Positions 1-9,805 of a stretch of 64,000 bases of DNA are shown here, one piece after another. The notes under the pieces were generated by a model, which saw nothing but the letters and a program-made list of their open reading frames with translations, ran no database searches and was not told where the DNA came from. The position numbers and the translations under genes are program-made. The stretch covers positions 3,744,001 through 3,808,000 of the forward strand of contig OZ244744.1 in the NCBI GenBank assembly GCA_965219455.1, read 5' to 3'. How positions within the stretch are numbered: the first letter of the stretch is position 1; each line of letters opens with the position of its first letter. The stretch is from Candidatus Latescibacterota bacterium (GTDB lineage: Bacteria > Latescibacterota > UBA2968 > GCA-2709665).

Positions 1-1
1 T

Positions 2-1042
2 GCTCTCGGCCAGTACATGCGGGTTGCGGCCCACGAATTCGCGGTTGACGTTTCGTTCGCCTCTGTCGTCTTCAGTAAATGCATGCCTCGTCAGGCTCTC
101 GATTTGGCCACGGTCCAGTTCCACGCATCCCCTGGACAGCAGAGAACGCTTGAGTTCGTCGGCAACCGATTCGACAACGAAAATTTCCTTTTCGCCTATA
201 CAGAGAATATTATTGTCGAAGGCGCCGCCTTCCACGATTCCTTCCGCTGCCGTGTCGAGGTCAGCGGTTTCGTCGACCAGCACCGGCGGATTTCCGGGAC
301 CCGCGGCAATGGCGCGTTTCGGCGCCTGCATGGCGGCTTTGACAACGCCGCCCCCGCCCGTGACCAGGATCAGGTCGATCTTCGGATGTACGAAAAGGTC
401 CTGAGCGGTCCGGATACTTGGTTCGTGGACGGCGGTTAACAGGTTTGCGGGTCCGCCCGCGTCGACGATGGCCCGATTGAGGATCTGAATGCCCAACTGG
501 GAGACTTTTTTGGCCCCGGGGTGCGGCGCAAATACGGCGCTGTTTCCTGCGGCGATGAGGCTGATGGCATTGTTCACGGTCGTGGGAACCGGATGTGTGG
601 AGGGTGTGACGGCGGCAACGACGCCAAAGGGCGCCAGTTCGACAACGGTCAGCCCGCGGTCTCCAGTCCAGGCAACCGGCTTCAGGTCTTCAACGCCCGG
701 GGTGAGCCGGGCGACCACGTCAAACTTCCGGATCTTGTGGGCAATTCTGCCCATGCCGGTTTCGTCGATGGTCATCTGCGCGAGGCCCTTGGCGTGGTCC
801 AGCGCCGCCTGTCGAATGGCCTCGATGATTTTACGCCTTGCTTCGAGCGACAGGGCTTCCAGTTCGCGCTGAGCCCGGCCAGCCGCGTCGACCGCACTGT
901 CGAGGCGTTCGAAGATGCCATCGTCCCCGTTGCCAGCCGATCGGGGCGGAGACGAGACGACCGCGGGGGCCTGCCCTTCCGGCGCAAGGGTACGTACGAC
1001 TTCCTCAACTACGGATCTGATTTGTGCTTCGCTGAAGTTCAT
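2..1042 (-). CDS. eutE: BMC-associated CoA-acylating aldehyde dehydrogenase (EutE/PduP family), 3' end outside window
   Basis: Not in the ORF track because it runs off the edge. Manual translation from ATG at 1042: MNFSEAQIRSVVEEVVRTL (encapsulation-peptide-like helix)...DETGMGR...APFGVVAAVTPSTHP...VTGGGGVVKAA...AGPGNPPVLVDETAD...FDNNILCIGEKE (catalytic Cys region). Confidence 0.93.
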   Translation of the reverse strand, partial: MNFSEAQIRSVVEEVVRTLAPEGQAPAVVSSPPRSAGNGDDGIFERLDSAVDAAGRAQRELEALSLEARRKIIEAIRQAALDHAKGLAQMTIDETGMGRIAHKIRKFDVVARLTPGVEDLKPVAWTGDRGLTVVELAPFGVVAAVTPSTHPVPTTVNNAISLIAAGNSAVFAPHPGAKKVSQLGIQILNRAIVDAGGPANLLTAVHEPSIRTAQDLFVHPKIDLILVTGGGGVVKAAMQAPKRAIAAGPGNPPVLVDETADLDTAAEGIVEGGAFDNNILCIGEKEIFVVESVADELKRSLLSRGCVELDRGQIESLTRHAFTEDDRGERNVNREFVGRNPHVLAES

Positions 1043-1161
1043 GGTTTCGAGAGGTAGAAGAAAACCGGTTTCAGTACGCCATCATTACCGTGGAATTCGG
1101 GATCGCGAGAGAAGCCGAACCGCCAGGTCCCCGGGACGCCGTGGCCATGAGCGGCTATATT

Positions 1162-1458
1162 TCAGGGGTGTTTACGGTAGGTCGTCTCACCTTCCATTTC
1201 GACGGAATCGACGATGGCAACGACGACCGCGTCGACCGGACGGTCTTCTGTTGAACCGGTCATCCGCGCGGAACTGCCGCTTGTGCACAGGACGACTTCA
1301 TTGGCTCCCGCGCCGACGGCGTCGACGGCAACCAGGAAACGACCTCCGGCCTCCAGGGTCCGAATGTCCAGCGTCTGCACGACCTGGAGCTTGAAACCCT
1401 CGAGGCCCCTGTCTTTCTGGGTGGCGACAACCGTCCCCACCACTTTACCTAAAATCAT
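1162..1458 (-). CDS. eutN: BMC vertex pentamer, EutN/CcmL family
   Basis: MILGKVVGTVVATQKD...AVDAVGAGANEVVL..GSSAR...PVDAVVVAIVD, the classic EutN/CcmL pattern. Confidence 0.95.
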   Translation of the reverse strand: MILGKVVGTVVATQKDRGLEGFKLQVVQTLDIRTLEAGGRFLVAVDAVGAGANEVVLCTSGSSARMTGSTEDRPVDAVVVAIVDSVEMEGETTYRKHP

Positions 1459-1475
1459 CGTATATGCTCAGCGCT

Positions 1476-1757
1476 TCAGGACGATTTGCCAATGGGCAGC
1501 ACCTCTTCCAGGCTGCCGTGGGGACGCGGAATCACATGGACGGAAATGAGTTCGCCAATCTTGCCGGCGGCGGCGGCGCCCGCCTCGGTGGCGGCTTTGA
1601 CGGCGGCCACGTCACCCCGGACCATGGCGGTCACGTAGCCAGCCCCGATTTTTTCCCAGTTGACCAGATTTACATTCGCCGCTTTCACCATGGCGTCGGT
1701 CGCCTCAATCATCGCGACCAGACCTCTGGTTTCGATCAATCCAAGGGCTTCACCCAT
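1476..1757 (-). CDS. BMC-H hexameric shell protein (EutM/PduA-like)
   Basis: [29 protein letters not shown]...GDVAAVKAA...HVIPRPH. Start moved to ATG 1757, which has an AGGAGG RBS upstream on the minus strand. Confidence 0.96.
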   Translation of the reverse strand: MGEALGLIETRGLVAMIEATDAMVKAANVNLVNWEKIGAGYVTAMVRGDVAAVKAATEAGAAAAGKIGELISVHVIPRPHGSLEEVLPIGKSS

Positions 1758-1838
1758 GTTGCGATTCCTCCTGTTTAGAGTTTTCGACCAAAGCCCGGCG
1801 GGTATGGCGCCCGCCTGTTTCTTCAACGAGAGCCGAAT

Positions 1839-3323
1839 TCATTTCTTCCCATAGACAGCCAGCCGGTAGGGCCGGGGGCCGTCGAAGGTCCTGATGGGTT
1901 CGTAGGATTCCCTGAACCAGGGCGCCGTCGCGATCGGGTTTTCCAGTGAGGCCCACAAGGGATCGTGCAACAGCATATAATCAGGCCGGTACGTTCGGAC
2001 GGGCCAGGCAACGTCGCCCGCTGCCAGGTGAGGACCGACCGAGGGGGTGACCAGACCACAGACGTCCACAATATACCGATTACTGTAAAAACCCACGATG
2101 CCGATTTCGACCATTCCGACAGAAGCCGTTGCCGGCGTATTTGCGGCAAGCCACTCGCCCGCCATCTTGTAGATCGGGTACCTCGGCTGGGGTTCCCGCC
2201 CCAACTGTTTGACGGTGGGGGTGAGCACGGCAATCAGAAGCGGGATACACAGCAGCGAGGTTATCCGGACTTCATAACCGCGCCAGACCGGCCACCGGCC
2301 CACGACCCACCGGGTCATCGAGACCGTACCCAGGGCGGTGAGGATCATCAGGAGCGGCACGAGCCCGGCGTAATAGTTGTACGCCGCCGGCACGCCCATC
2401 GCCCAGTACCCGAGAAAGATGAATACCGGCCAGCCCGCGATAAGCAGAATTCGCCTGTCCGCACGGAATATCCTTCTGGCGCCCGCGATTGCCGGTAGCG
2501 CAAACCAGAGAAAAAACGGTGACCATTCCAGGTATCCCCGGCCGGTATAAAGGACGCCGTGCCACAGCGATCTCCAGAGTCCACTTGCGCCCATCGCCCG
2601 CTTTGCCTCTAGCGTATTTGGAAAGGGCGATCCGAAGGTCCAGGCCGCGTAGATCGACCACCCGCCGACAACGATGGCGAAGACAAGAAGCGGGCGCCAG
2701 GCGTGTCGCCTGTGAATCCACAGGTGGTGGCCCAGGATCAGTCCGGCTGGTACGAGTCCGTCACCGCGTGTGAGTGTGCCCAACGCGAGCAGCAGAGCCG
2801 CCAGATTCGTCCGGTTCGAAAAGTAGGCGGCGTAGGCGCCGAATATCAGTGCCTGGAACAGATTTAATTCGAAGCCGAGTACATCGCCCAGGTACGGATT
2901 CAGGACCACGAGAACCGCGGCAACGATACCGGCCGTGTTTTCGTTAAAGCGTACGAGGATGCGTCCGATCAGCAAGCCCAGCGCCCCCAGCGCGGCGCCG
3001 CTGAGAAGGGTACTGATCAGCGGATAGTCTCCGGCAATCCGACCCGGCAGAGCGAGGAGCAAGGCATAAAGCGGCGCCGTCGTTCCGAGCACCCGTTCGC
3101 CGGGATTATAGATGAACCCCCGCCCTTCCGCGAGGTTTTTCGCATATCGGTAGGTGATATACGGATCGTCCATCTGCACCCGGTGGAAACATGCAACCGC
3201 CGGGGGCGTCAGGAGCACGACCAGGATGAAGATCCGGGCGTTGGTCGAACGGATGGAACGAATCGGTACGGCCTTAATAGCCTGAATAATCCATAGAGAC
3301 GCCTGTGCGTCAACGCGAGTCAT
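1839..3323 (-). CDS. Polytopic membrane GT-C-fold glycosyltransferase (AftB/PMT-like)
   Basis: DDPYITYRYAKNLAEGRGFIYNPGERVLGTT after TM1, about 11-13 hydrophobic segments and a soluble C-terminal domain. Confidence 0.75.
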   Translation of the reverse strand: MTRVDAQASLWIIQAIKAVPIRSIRSTNARIFILVVLLTPPAVACFHRVQMDDPYITYRYAKNLAEGRGFIYNPGERVLGTTAPLYALLLALPGRIAGDYPLISTLLSGAALGALGLLIGRILVRFNENTAGIVAAVLVVLNPYLGDVLGFELNLFQALIFGAYAAYFSNRTNLAALLLALGTLTRGDGLVPAGLILGHHLWIHRRHAWRPLLVFAIVVGGWSIYAAWTFGSPFPNTLEAKRAMGASGLWRSLWHGVLYTGRGYLEWSPFFLWFALPAIAGARRIFRADRRILLIAGWPVFIFLGYWAMGVPAAYNYYAGLVPLLMILTALGTVSMTRWVVGRWPVWRGYEVRITSLLCIPLLIAVLTPTVKQLGREPQPRYPIYKMAGEWLAANTPATASVGMVEIGIVGFYSNRYIVDVCGLVTPSVGPHLAAGDVAWPVRTYRPDYMLLHDPLWASLENPIATAPWFRESYEPIRTFDGPRPYRLAVYGKK

Positions 3324-3532
3324 TCAAGTCCGACCCGGTAGCGTATGATTCACCCGACCGGCTGGATCGCTCCGATACATGGCGATGAAGCATAATTGCA
3401 TCGCATCGGACCTATGTGTCCCCTCCCGGAAATATGTCACCGGAATTCCGGCAACCTATTTCTGGGTCAGAACACAAGAAACGGGTTGCTTTTACGAATG
3501 TGGCGCCTTACGCGGCCTCCGGGACAAGCGGC

Positions 3533-4249
3533 TCAGGATTCGATAAAAGCCTTGCCTCCGCAGACAAGGTCGGCGGCGTTGGCGTCGTCGGTGTCCAGGT
3601 GGAGTTCGGGCAAATAACCGGCGTCGATTTTCAGCCTGACATTCTCGAAGGTGAGTCCCTTTTCGCCGCTCACGCGGGCACGAACGGCGCTACGCCCGGC
3701 AAGCCCCATTTCAGCAACGTCGATGGGCCGAAGGTGGAGGTGCCTGGCGGCGCGGATGGCGGCAGGTACGGTAAGAGATCCTTGAGGGCCCACAAAAGTG
3801 ACCCGCTGGGCGCCTCGCAGGTCGCCGGAGTCCCGCACAGGGGGATCGAGACCGAGAAAGATGGCGTCGGTACGGGCCAATTCGACCTGATTGTAGTCCC
3901 GGGCGGGTCCCAGAATCCGGACACGCTCGATGGCGCGCAAGCGGGGTCCGATCACTGAAACGCATTCTTCGGCCGCGTACCCGCCTGGTTGATAGAGTTC
4001 TCTGAAAGGCGTGAGTTCCGAACCGGCACCGAACAGGATATCCATGGCATCGCGGTTCAGATGACAGTGCCTTGCGGAGACGCCGACCGGAATTTCGAGG
4101 AGGCCGTCTTCTCCGTTCCGAATCCTCCCGATCACTTCCCGGACGACGCGGGCGATATCCGGCGACCCGTTGCCGGGTGCGGCCTGCTGCCCTCGATTGC
4201 ACAGCTTACAGTCCGCGCATTCGGAAGCAGGTTTGAATGTCTGTAACAT
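3533..4249 (-). CDS. pduL: Phosphate propanoyltransferase/phosphotransacylase PduL
   Basis: IPVGVSARHCHL...LYQPGGYAAEE...VRILGPAR...PPVRDSGDL...RHLHL...ELHLDTDDANAA; N-terminal extension with an encapsulation-peptide-like helix. Confidence 0.95.
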   Translation of the reverse strand: MLQTFKPASECADCKLCNRGQQAAPGNGSPDIARVVREVIGRIRNGEDGLLEIPVGVSARHCHLNRDAMDILFGAGSELTPFRELYQPGGYAAEECVSVIGPRLRAIERVRILGPARDYNQVELARTDAIFLGLDPPVRDSGDLRGAQRVTFVGPQGSLTVPAAIRAARHLHLRPIDVAEMGLAGRSAVRARVSGEKGLTFENVRLKIDAGYLPELHLDTDDANAADLVCGGKAFIES

Positions 4250-4320
4250 CGGGTCGCGGCGCCTGTTACGTCGGCGTTTTTAGTACGGACAATGGGTGTG
4301 AGTCCAGACTCAAGATCGGA

Positions 4321-4349
4321 AAAATAGCAGGTTGAAATCGCAAAGTCAA
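4321..4349 (-). promoter_or_regulatory. Putative sigma70 promoter for pduL/BMC genes
   Basis: Minus strand TTGACT-N17-TATTTT with TGn before the -10 box. Confidence 0.55.
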
Positions 4350-4397
4350 GGGATTTCGGGGACTCGTGCGACTGCCCGCACGCGAGAGGCCGTACGC

Positions 4398-4425
4398 TTG
4401 ACAATTCGCGGGGTTATGGTATAAT
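4398..4425 (+). promoter_or_regulatory. Consensus sigma70 promoter for the polysaccharide operon
   Basis: TTGACA-N16-TATAAT with extended -10 TGn; divergent from the pduL promoter. Confidence 0.8.
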
Positions 4426-4548
4426 TGGGCGGTTTTCCGTCCGGTCCGGATAAACAGGGTGCTGGTGCTTCTTCTTCCGGTCGGTCGGCGTGATCGCGGT
4501 GTCTGCCGGTTGTGGTCACGACCGGTGTGAACCCTTCCGAAGGTCAAT

Positions 4549-6264
4549 TTGCTGCAGAGATCTGTTTTTCCCGGACAAGACGTTGTGAGATCCGTATTCC
4601 TGTTGCTGGCGGTTCTATCCCTGTCCCGGACTGTCCAGGCGGATGACAATACCCCCGATGTCCCACTTAACCACGGGGTTTATCGGACACTCGACCGGTA
4701 CGACGCCAGCGGCTGGCTGGACGTCGCCGCGTCGCAGATCAGACCGTACACCCGTCTGAAGGTCGCCCGGCTCCTGCTTCAGGTCCTGCGGGGGATAGAA
4801 GCGCATGGCGGCATGTCGGACACCGAGCGGGGTATCCTCCAGAGACATCTGGCGGAGTTCCGCCCGGAGGTCGCGCGGTTGCGCCACGCGCCGGCGCGGG
4901 CCGGAAGCGGCACCCTCGAGCGGCTGGCTGGTACGCTTTTTTCCTGGCAGGATACGGCTGCATCTGTCGTACTCGAAGCGGTTTTCCGGCAGCGGTTGAT
5001 TCTGATTCGGGGTGAGCTCCGGGATACTGAAAACGTTTCGCAGACGCATATTGGCGCGGTTGTCCGTGGCACCCTTGGAGACCGCCTCGGTTTTCGCGCG
5101 CGGCACTTCGAAGCCCGGGAATGGAGCACCCGGTCCCGTCTGACCCGGGCTGATGTGCTGGCCCGGCCGATCGAACTGGTGCAATTAAAGGAGAAGGCCG
5201 CGGACTTTCGGGAAGCCACCTATCAGCTCGTGTGGGCGACGCGCTGGTTCGACGTGGATGCCGTAAAGGGCAGTCTGGATTGGGGGCCGGGAAGGACGGG
5301 CAATCTGTTTCTGACTCCTGTCGCACCGTCGTTCGGGATGGTGCGGCTCCGGACGACGTACGGGCGGGTGCGTTTCAGTCACATTCTGGGATTTCTGGAG
5401 GCCGATGCGGGCCTGCTCGACCCTTCACGGACGCTGGTAGACAACGGTCACCGCCGTACGTTTTCCCGGGCCAAAGCAATTGCCGCCCACCGCGTGGAGG
5501 CCGATCTCTCTCCCCGCATCCGTCTGGGATTCCAGGAGGCGGTGATATACGGAGATCGAGATTTCGAGTTTCTGTATGCGCCTCCCGTATCGGTGCTTAC
5601 CGCCGCCCAGATGGCGGTGGGAGACAGGGACAACCTGGCTGTGGGCCTGGATCTCTCGTTTCGTCCTGTTCGAGGCGTACAGACGTACCTCGCGTTATTT
5701 ATGGATGATTTAAGGAAATTCAGCCCGGGCGATTTTTCCAATAAGCTCGCGATCCAGACCGGCGTGTTCTGGGTCGATCCGTTCGGGTTGCGGGACACGG
5801 ATTTTCGAGCCGAGTTCGTACATATCGAGCCCTTCGTGTATTCTCACAGGTTCAACATCAACGCGTTCACACATTTCGACGCGCTCCTCGGTTATCCGAC
5901 CGGGCCGAATTCGGATCGGGTCTGGACCCGGTTGACGCACCGGCTGTCGCCCTCGGTTTCGGCTTCGCTGAGCCTGGAAAGGACGCGTGAGGGCGAGAAT
6001 GTCGAGAATACCGATGGCACGGTGACGAACGTGGGGGGCGATGCGCGACAGGGACGGCGTCCCGCGGATCCTGCGGTGCGGAAATTCATGAGCGGTACGG
6101 TGGAGAAACGGACCCGCATTGGTGCGGACCTCGTCTTCGAGCCGGTCCGTGATCTGGTACTCTCCGCAAACTACCGGCTGACGCGTGCGAGCAAGCGGGG
6201 CGGAAATCGTGAGGGTGGAAGCACCCACGACTGGCGCGTGACGCTGGACCTCAATTTTTTCTGA
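4549..6264 (+). CDS. wzi: Capsule assembly Wzi-family outer-membrane beta-barrel
   Basis: Signal peptide, RPYTR helical N-domain, WGPGRTGNLFL motif, HRVE, GYPTGPNSD, C-terminal aromatic residue. Start uncertain. Confidence 0.8.
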   Translation: MLQRSVFPGQDVVRSVFLLLAVLSLSRTVQADDNTPDVPLNHGVYRTLDRYDASGWLDVAASQIRPYTRLKVARLLLQVLRGIEAHGGMSDTERGILQRHLAEFRPEVARLRHAPARAGSGTLERLAGTLFSWQDTAASVVLEAVFRQRLILIRGELRDTENVSQTHIGAVVRGTLGDRLGFRARHFEAREWSTRSRLTRADVLARPIELVQLKEKAADFREATYQLVWATRWFDVDAVKGSLDWGPGRTGNLFLTPVAPSFGMVRLRTTYGRVRFSHILGFLEADAGLLDPSRTLVDNGHRRTFSRAKAIAAHRVEADLSPRIRLGFQEAVIYGDRDFEFLYAPPVSVLTAAQMAVGDRDNLAVGLDLSFRPVRGVQTYLALFMDDLRKFSPGDFSNKLAIQTGVFWVDPFGLRDTDFRAEFVHIEPFVYSHRFNINAFTHFDALLGYPTGPNSDRVWTRLTHRLSPSVSASLSLERTREGENVENTDGTVTNVGGDARQGRRPADPAVRKFMSGTVEKRTRIGADLVFEPVRDLVLSANYRLTRASKRGGNREGGSTHDWRVTLDLNFF

Positions 6265-6280
6265 ACGGAACAGGGGACAG

Positions 6281-7726
6281 ATGGCTGCGGAAACGGGCGT
6301 CTCGACGGCCCGATTGTACGGACGGTGGCTGATTCCGGCCGTATGCCTCGCGCAACTCGCGCTGATCGCGCTTCCCGCCTGGCGTTTCGGCGAGGTCATA
6401 CCGGTTGTCACGGTGAGCCTGGTTGTGGTTTCAGCGGTCGCGCTGATGTCGTCGGTCACATCCGCGCTCCTGTACATCTGTTTCATCGCTTCCGTAATCT
6501 CCTCCGAGTTTTATGAAGAGCATCTCATGCTGCCCCAGAATCTGCATTTCTGCGAGGCGCTGTTTCTGGTGGTATGGGGCGTGGCATTTGTCGCCTGGCT
6601 GCAGGAACGGAGGTTGAACTGGCGACGCACCCGTCTGGACCGTCCGGTGCTGGTTTTTCTGGGGCTGGTTGTGGCATCGATGGCGCTGGGTCTGTTTTAC
6701 GGGCAGGACGTCCGGCAAATGCTGCGGGATGTACGATATCCGCTTTACTACGTGCTGTTTTTCGTCGCAACAGGATTTTTCGACCTGCGCAGGCGCAGGG
6801 CGTTTCTGATGGTACTGGTGATTTCGGCGGCCGTCGTGGGCGTGGAATACCTGATTGAATTCGTCCAGGCTATCGATCTCTCCTTTGCCGGTGCATTCTA
6901 CCGCGTGGCCCGTCGGGAGGGGCTGCTGCTGCCGATGGGTGTTCTGGTTCTCGCGGCGGCATTTTTGTACGACACGTCGCCGGTTCGGCGCATGTTAGGT
7001 GGTCTTCTTATGGTTCCCATCGGTCTTGCGCTGGTGGTCACGATGGGACGCGCAATGTGGGGCAGCCTGTTGTTCGGGCTGTTCTGCGTGGGCGGTCTGG
7101 TATTGCTGGATCGGAGGAGGCATCGTGGACGGCGGCTTCTGATATTGATACTGATTCCCGTACTGCTCGTTGGCCTGGGCTATTATTTCCAGCAGTTCAC
7201 GGGCGCAGGCGTTGAGGACATGGCGGCCCATCGCCTGCGGCGCACCGTAGCGGAGGGAGACCTGGAAATTCAGGGGCGTCTGCTGGCCTATGCGCTGGCC
7301 CTGGAGAAGATATGGCAGCGGCCCGTGCTGGGAGGAGGACACGGCGCCACGATTTCCTATCTGAGGGTCGACGAGTATTCGCAGCCCTACGTATTTACGT
7401 CCGGAGGCGTGGACAATACCTATTTGACGATTATGATGCGTATGGGGATTCTGGGCGTGATCGCCTTCTTGTGGATATTTGTCAGGGGGCTGCGAATCGC
7501 CTACGGCATGTTTCGCCGCACCGACGATCCGCACGTAAAGGGGTTTTGCGTTGCGTTTCTTGCGGTGTACGCGGCACTGCTGGTGTATATTATGACCGAC
7601 AATACAATGATGGGCAACCGGCTGATTTTCTGGCATGCATGTTTTCTCGGCATTCTTGCCCGTATGGATGGAGAGGGACATGAAACCGGCGGTGACGGCG
7701 GTGGTGGTGAACTGGAACGCGGGTAA
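6281..7726 (+). CDS. O-antigen ligase/polymerase (Wzy_C/WaaL family)
   Basis: About 12 TM segments; TMGRAMW, GR...ALEKIWQRPVLGGGHG, VDNTYL...MGILG motifs. Confidence 0.85.
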   Translation: MAAETGVSTARLYGRWLIPAVCLAQLALIALPAWRFGEVIPVVTVSLVVVSAVALMSSVTSALLYICFIASVISSEFYEEHLMLPQNLHFCEALFLVVWGVAFVAWLQERRLNWRRTRLDRPVLVFLGLVVASMALGLFYGQDVRQMLRDVRYPLYYVLFFVATGFFDLRRRRAFLMVLVISAAVVGVEYLIEFVQAIDLSFAGAFYRVARREGLLLPMGVLVLAAAFLYDTSPVRRMLGGLLMVPIGLALVVTMGRAMWGSLLFGLFCVGGLVLLDRRRHRGRRLLILILIPVLLVGLGYYFQQFTGAGVEDMAAHRLRRTVAEGDLEIQGRLLAYALALEKIWQRPVLGGGHGATISYLRVDEYSQPYVFTSGGVDNTYLTIMMRMGILGVIAFLWIFVRGLRIAYGMFRRTDDPHVKGFCVAFLAVYAALLVYIMTDNTMMGNRLIFWHACFLGILARMDGEGHETGGDGGGGELERG

Positions 7727-8642
7727 GGACCTTTTCCGGTGCGTCGCGTCACTTCTCGAAGTACAGGAGCGGCTGCCGCTCGACGTGGTGGTGGTGGACA
7801 ACGCGTCTTCGGACGGCAGTCCGGACGCGCTGGAACCGTTTGGCGACCGGGTGAGGCTGGTTGAGACGGGGGGGAACTTCGGGTTCGGCCGAGGCGTTAA
7901 CCGGGGCGTGGAAGTCTCCACCGGTCCCTATATTCTGGCCATGAATCCGGATGTGGCCGTAGGGCCGGATTCGATTGAGCGCCTGTTGGATTACCTTGAA
8001 GCCAATGGCCACGTCGGCGTGGTGGGGCCACGGCTTTTGGACCGGCGTGGTCGAGCGCAACCATCCTGCGGTAAGGCGCCTCGACTGGCTGGCGAAATTT
8101 GCCGTAAATTCCTGTTGCATCTTGTTTTTCCATTTCTTAAATTCGGCTGCCGGGTCTCCGGTGGGCCAACGTCGGTCGACTGGGTGACGGGTGCTTGTTT
8201 CCTTGTGCGTCGCAGCGCTTTCGGTGCGGTTGGCGGCATGGATAACGCCATATTTATGTATTATGAAGACGTCGATCTCTGCCTCAGGCTTGGTGGGGCC
8301 GGATGGACCGTGGCCTATCTGCCGGAGGCCAGCGCATTCCATGCAGGGGGTAAGAGTTCAAGAAAGGCGCTGGAACGGATGCTGGTGGAGGGCATGGCGA
8401 GTCATCTTTATGTGATAAAAAAACACCTGGGAGATCATGCGGGCCGCCTGCTGGCGATACTGACGTTTCCGGAGATGGTTTTGAGAACGCTGCTCTGGGG
8501 AGGTCTGTTTTTATTGCCCGGATTCCGGCCGGAGGCCAGGGCAAGGCTGAGGGCGTATCGACGGGTCCTGGCGCAGGGCATTGAAGGTAGGACCTGCTTG
8601 GGTTCTTCGCACGGGTGTTCGGGCCCGAAGGAGATTTCATGA
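7680..8642 (+). CDS. Glycosyltransferase family 2 (WbbL-like)
   Basis: VVVNWN, VVDNASSDGS, NFGFGRGVN, NPD, WVTGACFLVRR, FMYYEDVDLC; start at ATG 7680. Confidence 0.92.
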   Translation: MKPAVTAVVVNWNAGKDLFRCVASLLEVQERLPLDVVVVDNASSDGSPDALEPFGDRVRLVETGGNFGFGRGVNRGVEVSTGPYILAMNPDVAVGPDSIERLLDYLEANGHVGVVGPRLLDRRGRAQPSCGKAPRLAGEICRKFLLHLVFPFLKFGCRVSGGPTSVDWVTGACFLVRRSAFGAVGGMDNAIFMYYEDVDLCLRLGGAGWTVAYLPEASAFHAGGKSSRKALERMLVEGMASHLYVIKKHLGDHAGRLLAILTFPEMVLRTLLWGGLFLLPGFRPEARARLRAYRRVLAQGIEGRTCLGSSHGCSGPKEIS

Positions 8643-9778
8643 TTCCGATCTGGCGGGCCTGTTTCGACGAAGAGGAGGTGTCGGCGGTCCGGGAGGTGAT
8701 GCTATCCGGGTGGGTGGGGGCAGGCACGAAGGCCGCGGCCTTTGAAAAACGGTTTGCCGAGTATATCGGGACGTCATCCGCGGTGAGTGTGAATTCCTGT
8801 TCATCGGCGCTGCTGCTGGCGCTTAAGGTACTGGGAGTGGAGGGCCGCGAGGTCATTACCACTTCCATGACCTTTGTCGCCACCAACCACGCGATCCTTC
8901 AGAACGGAGCCGTTCCCGTTTTCTGCGACATCGATCCCGTCACGTTGAACCTGAATCCGGATTGCGTGGCCGAACGGGTTTCGGAAAAAACGGCTGCAAT
9001 TATGGTTGTGCATCACAGCGGCCAACCCTGCGATATGGACCCGATACTGGAAATTGCCGCATCCCGGAACATCCCGGTTGTGGAGGATGCCGCCCATGCC
9101 TGCGGCGCCCGGTACAAAGGCCGGATGGTGGGTGGGTTGGGAACGATCGGATGTTTCAGTTTCCAGGCGCAGAAGAACCTGACGACCTGCGATGGCGGTA
9201 TGCTGACTACCAACGACGTGCAACTGGCAGAGCGCCTCAAGCGGCTGAGCTGGATGGGTATCCCCCAGGGTACGTGGGACCGGTTTACAGCAGGGCCGAA
9301 ACAGAAGCGCTGGATGTACGAAGTGACCGAAGTGGGGCACAAGTTCTATATGAACGATTTGAATGCGGCCATCGGGTTGGTTCAACTGGCGAGGCTGGAG
9401 TCGGCCAATGCCCAGCGGCAGGAAATCGTTCTTCAGTACAATAAGGCGTTTGCCGATCTGACATGGCTTCGGCCCCCCAGGATCGCGCCGTACGCGCGCA
9501 GCGCCTTCCATGCCTATGTTCCGCGCGTGGCGGACAGGGACAATCTGGTTGCCCATCTGCACGGGCGGGATGTCGATTCCAGCGTGCATTATTATCCGAA
9601 TCATCTTTATCCGATCCACGAGCCCTATCGTTGTTCATTGCCGGTGACGGAGTCGGTGTGGCGAGAAATGGTGACGCTGCCCCTCTATCCCGGCATGACC
9701 GACGGAGACCTGGCCCAGGTTATCGAGGCTGTACGGAGCTTTCAACCCAACTGTCGGGAAATTCAACCCGATTCGTGA
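8639..9778 (+). CDS. DegT/DnrJ/EryC1/StrS sugar aminotransferase
   Basis: VEDAAHACGA, FSFQAQKNLTTCDGG (PLP lysine), VHYYP; ATGA overlap with the upstream gene. Confidence 0.95.
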   Translation: MIPIWRACFDEEEVSAVREVMLSGWVGAGTKAAAFEKRFAEYIGTSSAVSVNSCSSALLLALKVLGVEGREVITTSMTFVATNHAILQNGAVPVFCDIDPVTLNLNPDCVAERVSEKTAAIMVVHHSGQPCDMDPILEIAASRNIPVVEDAAHACGARYKGRMVGGLGTIGCFSFQAQKNLTTCDGGMLTTNDVQLAERLKRLSWMGIPQGTWDRFTAGPKQKRWMYEVTEVGHKFYMNDLNAAIGLVQLARLESANAQRQEIVLQYNKAFADLTWLRPPRIAPYARSAFHAYVPRVADRDNLVAHLHGRDVDSSVHYYPNHLYPIHEPYRCSLPVTESVWREMVTLPLYPGMTDGDLAQVIEAVRSFQPNCREIQPDS

Positions 9779-9805
9779 TTACCGCTCGCAAGCAGAAAGT
9801 ACACC

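Noticed and set aside
17-1057. Plus-strand ORFs at the window start
   Set aside because: They are antisense shadows of the minus-strand aldehyde dehydrogenase.
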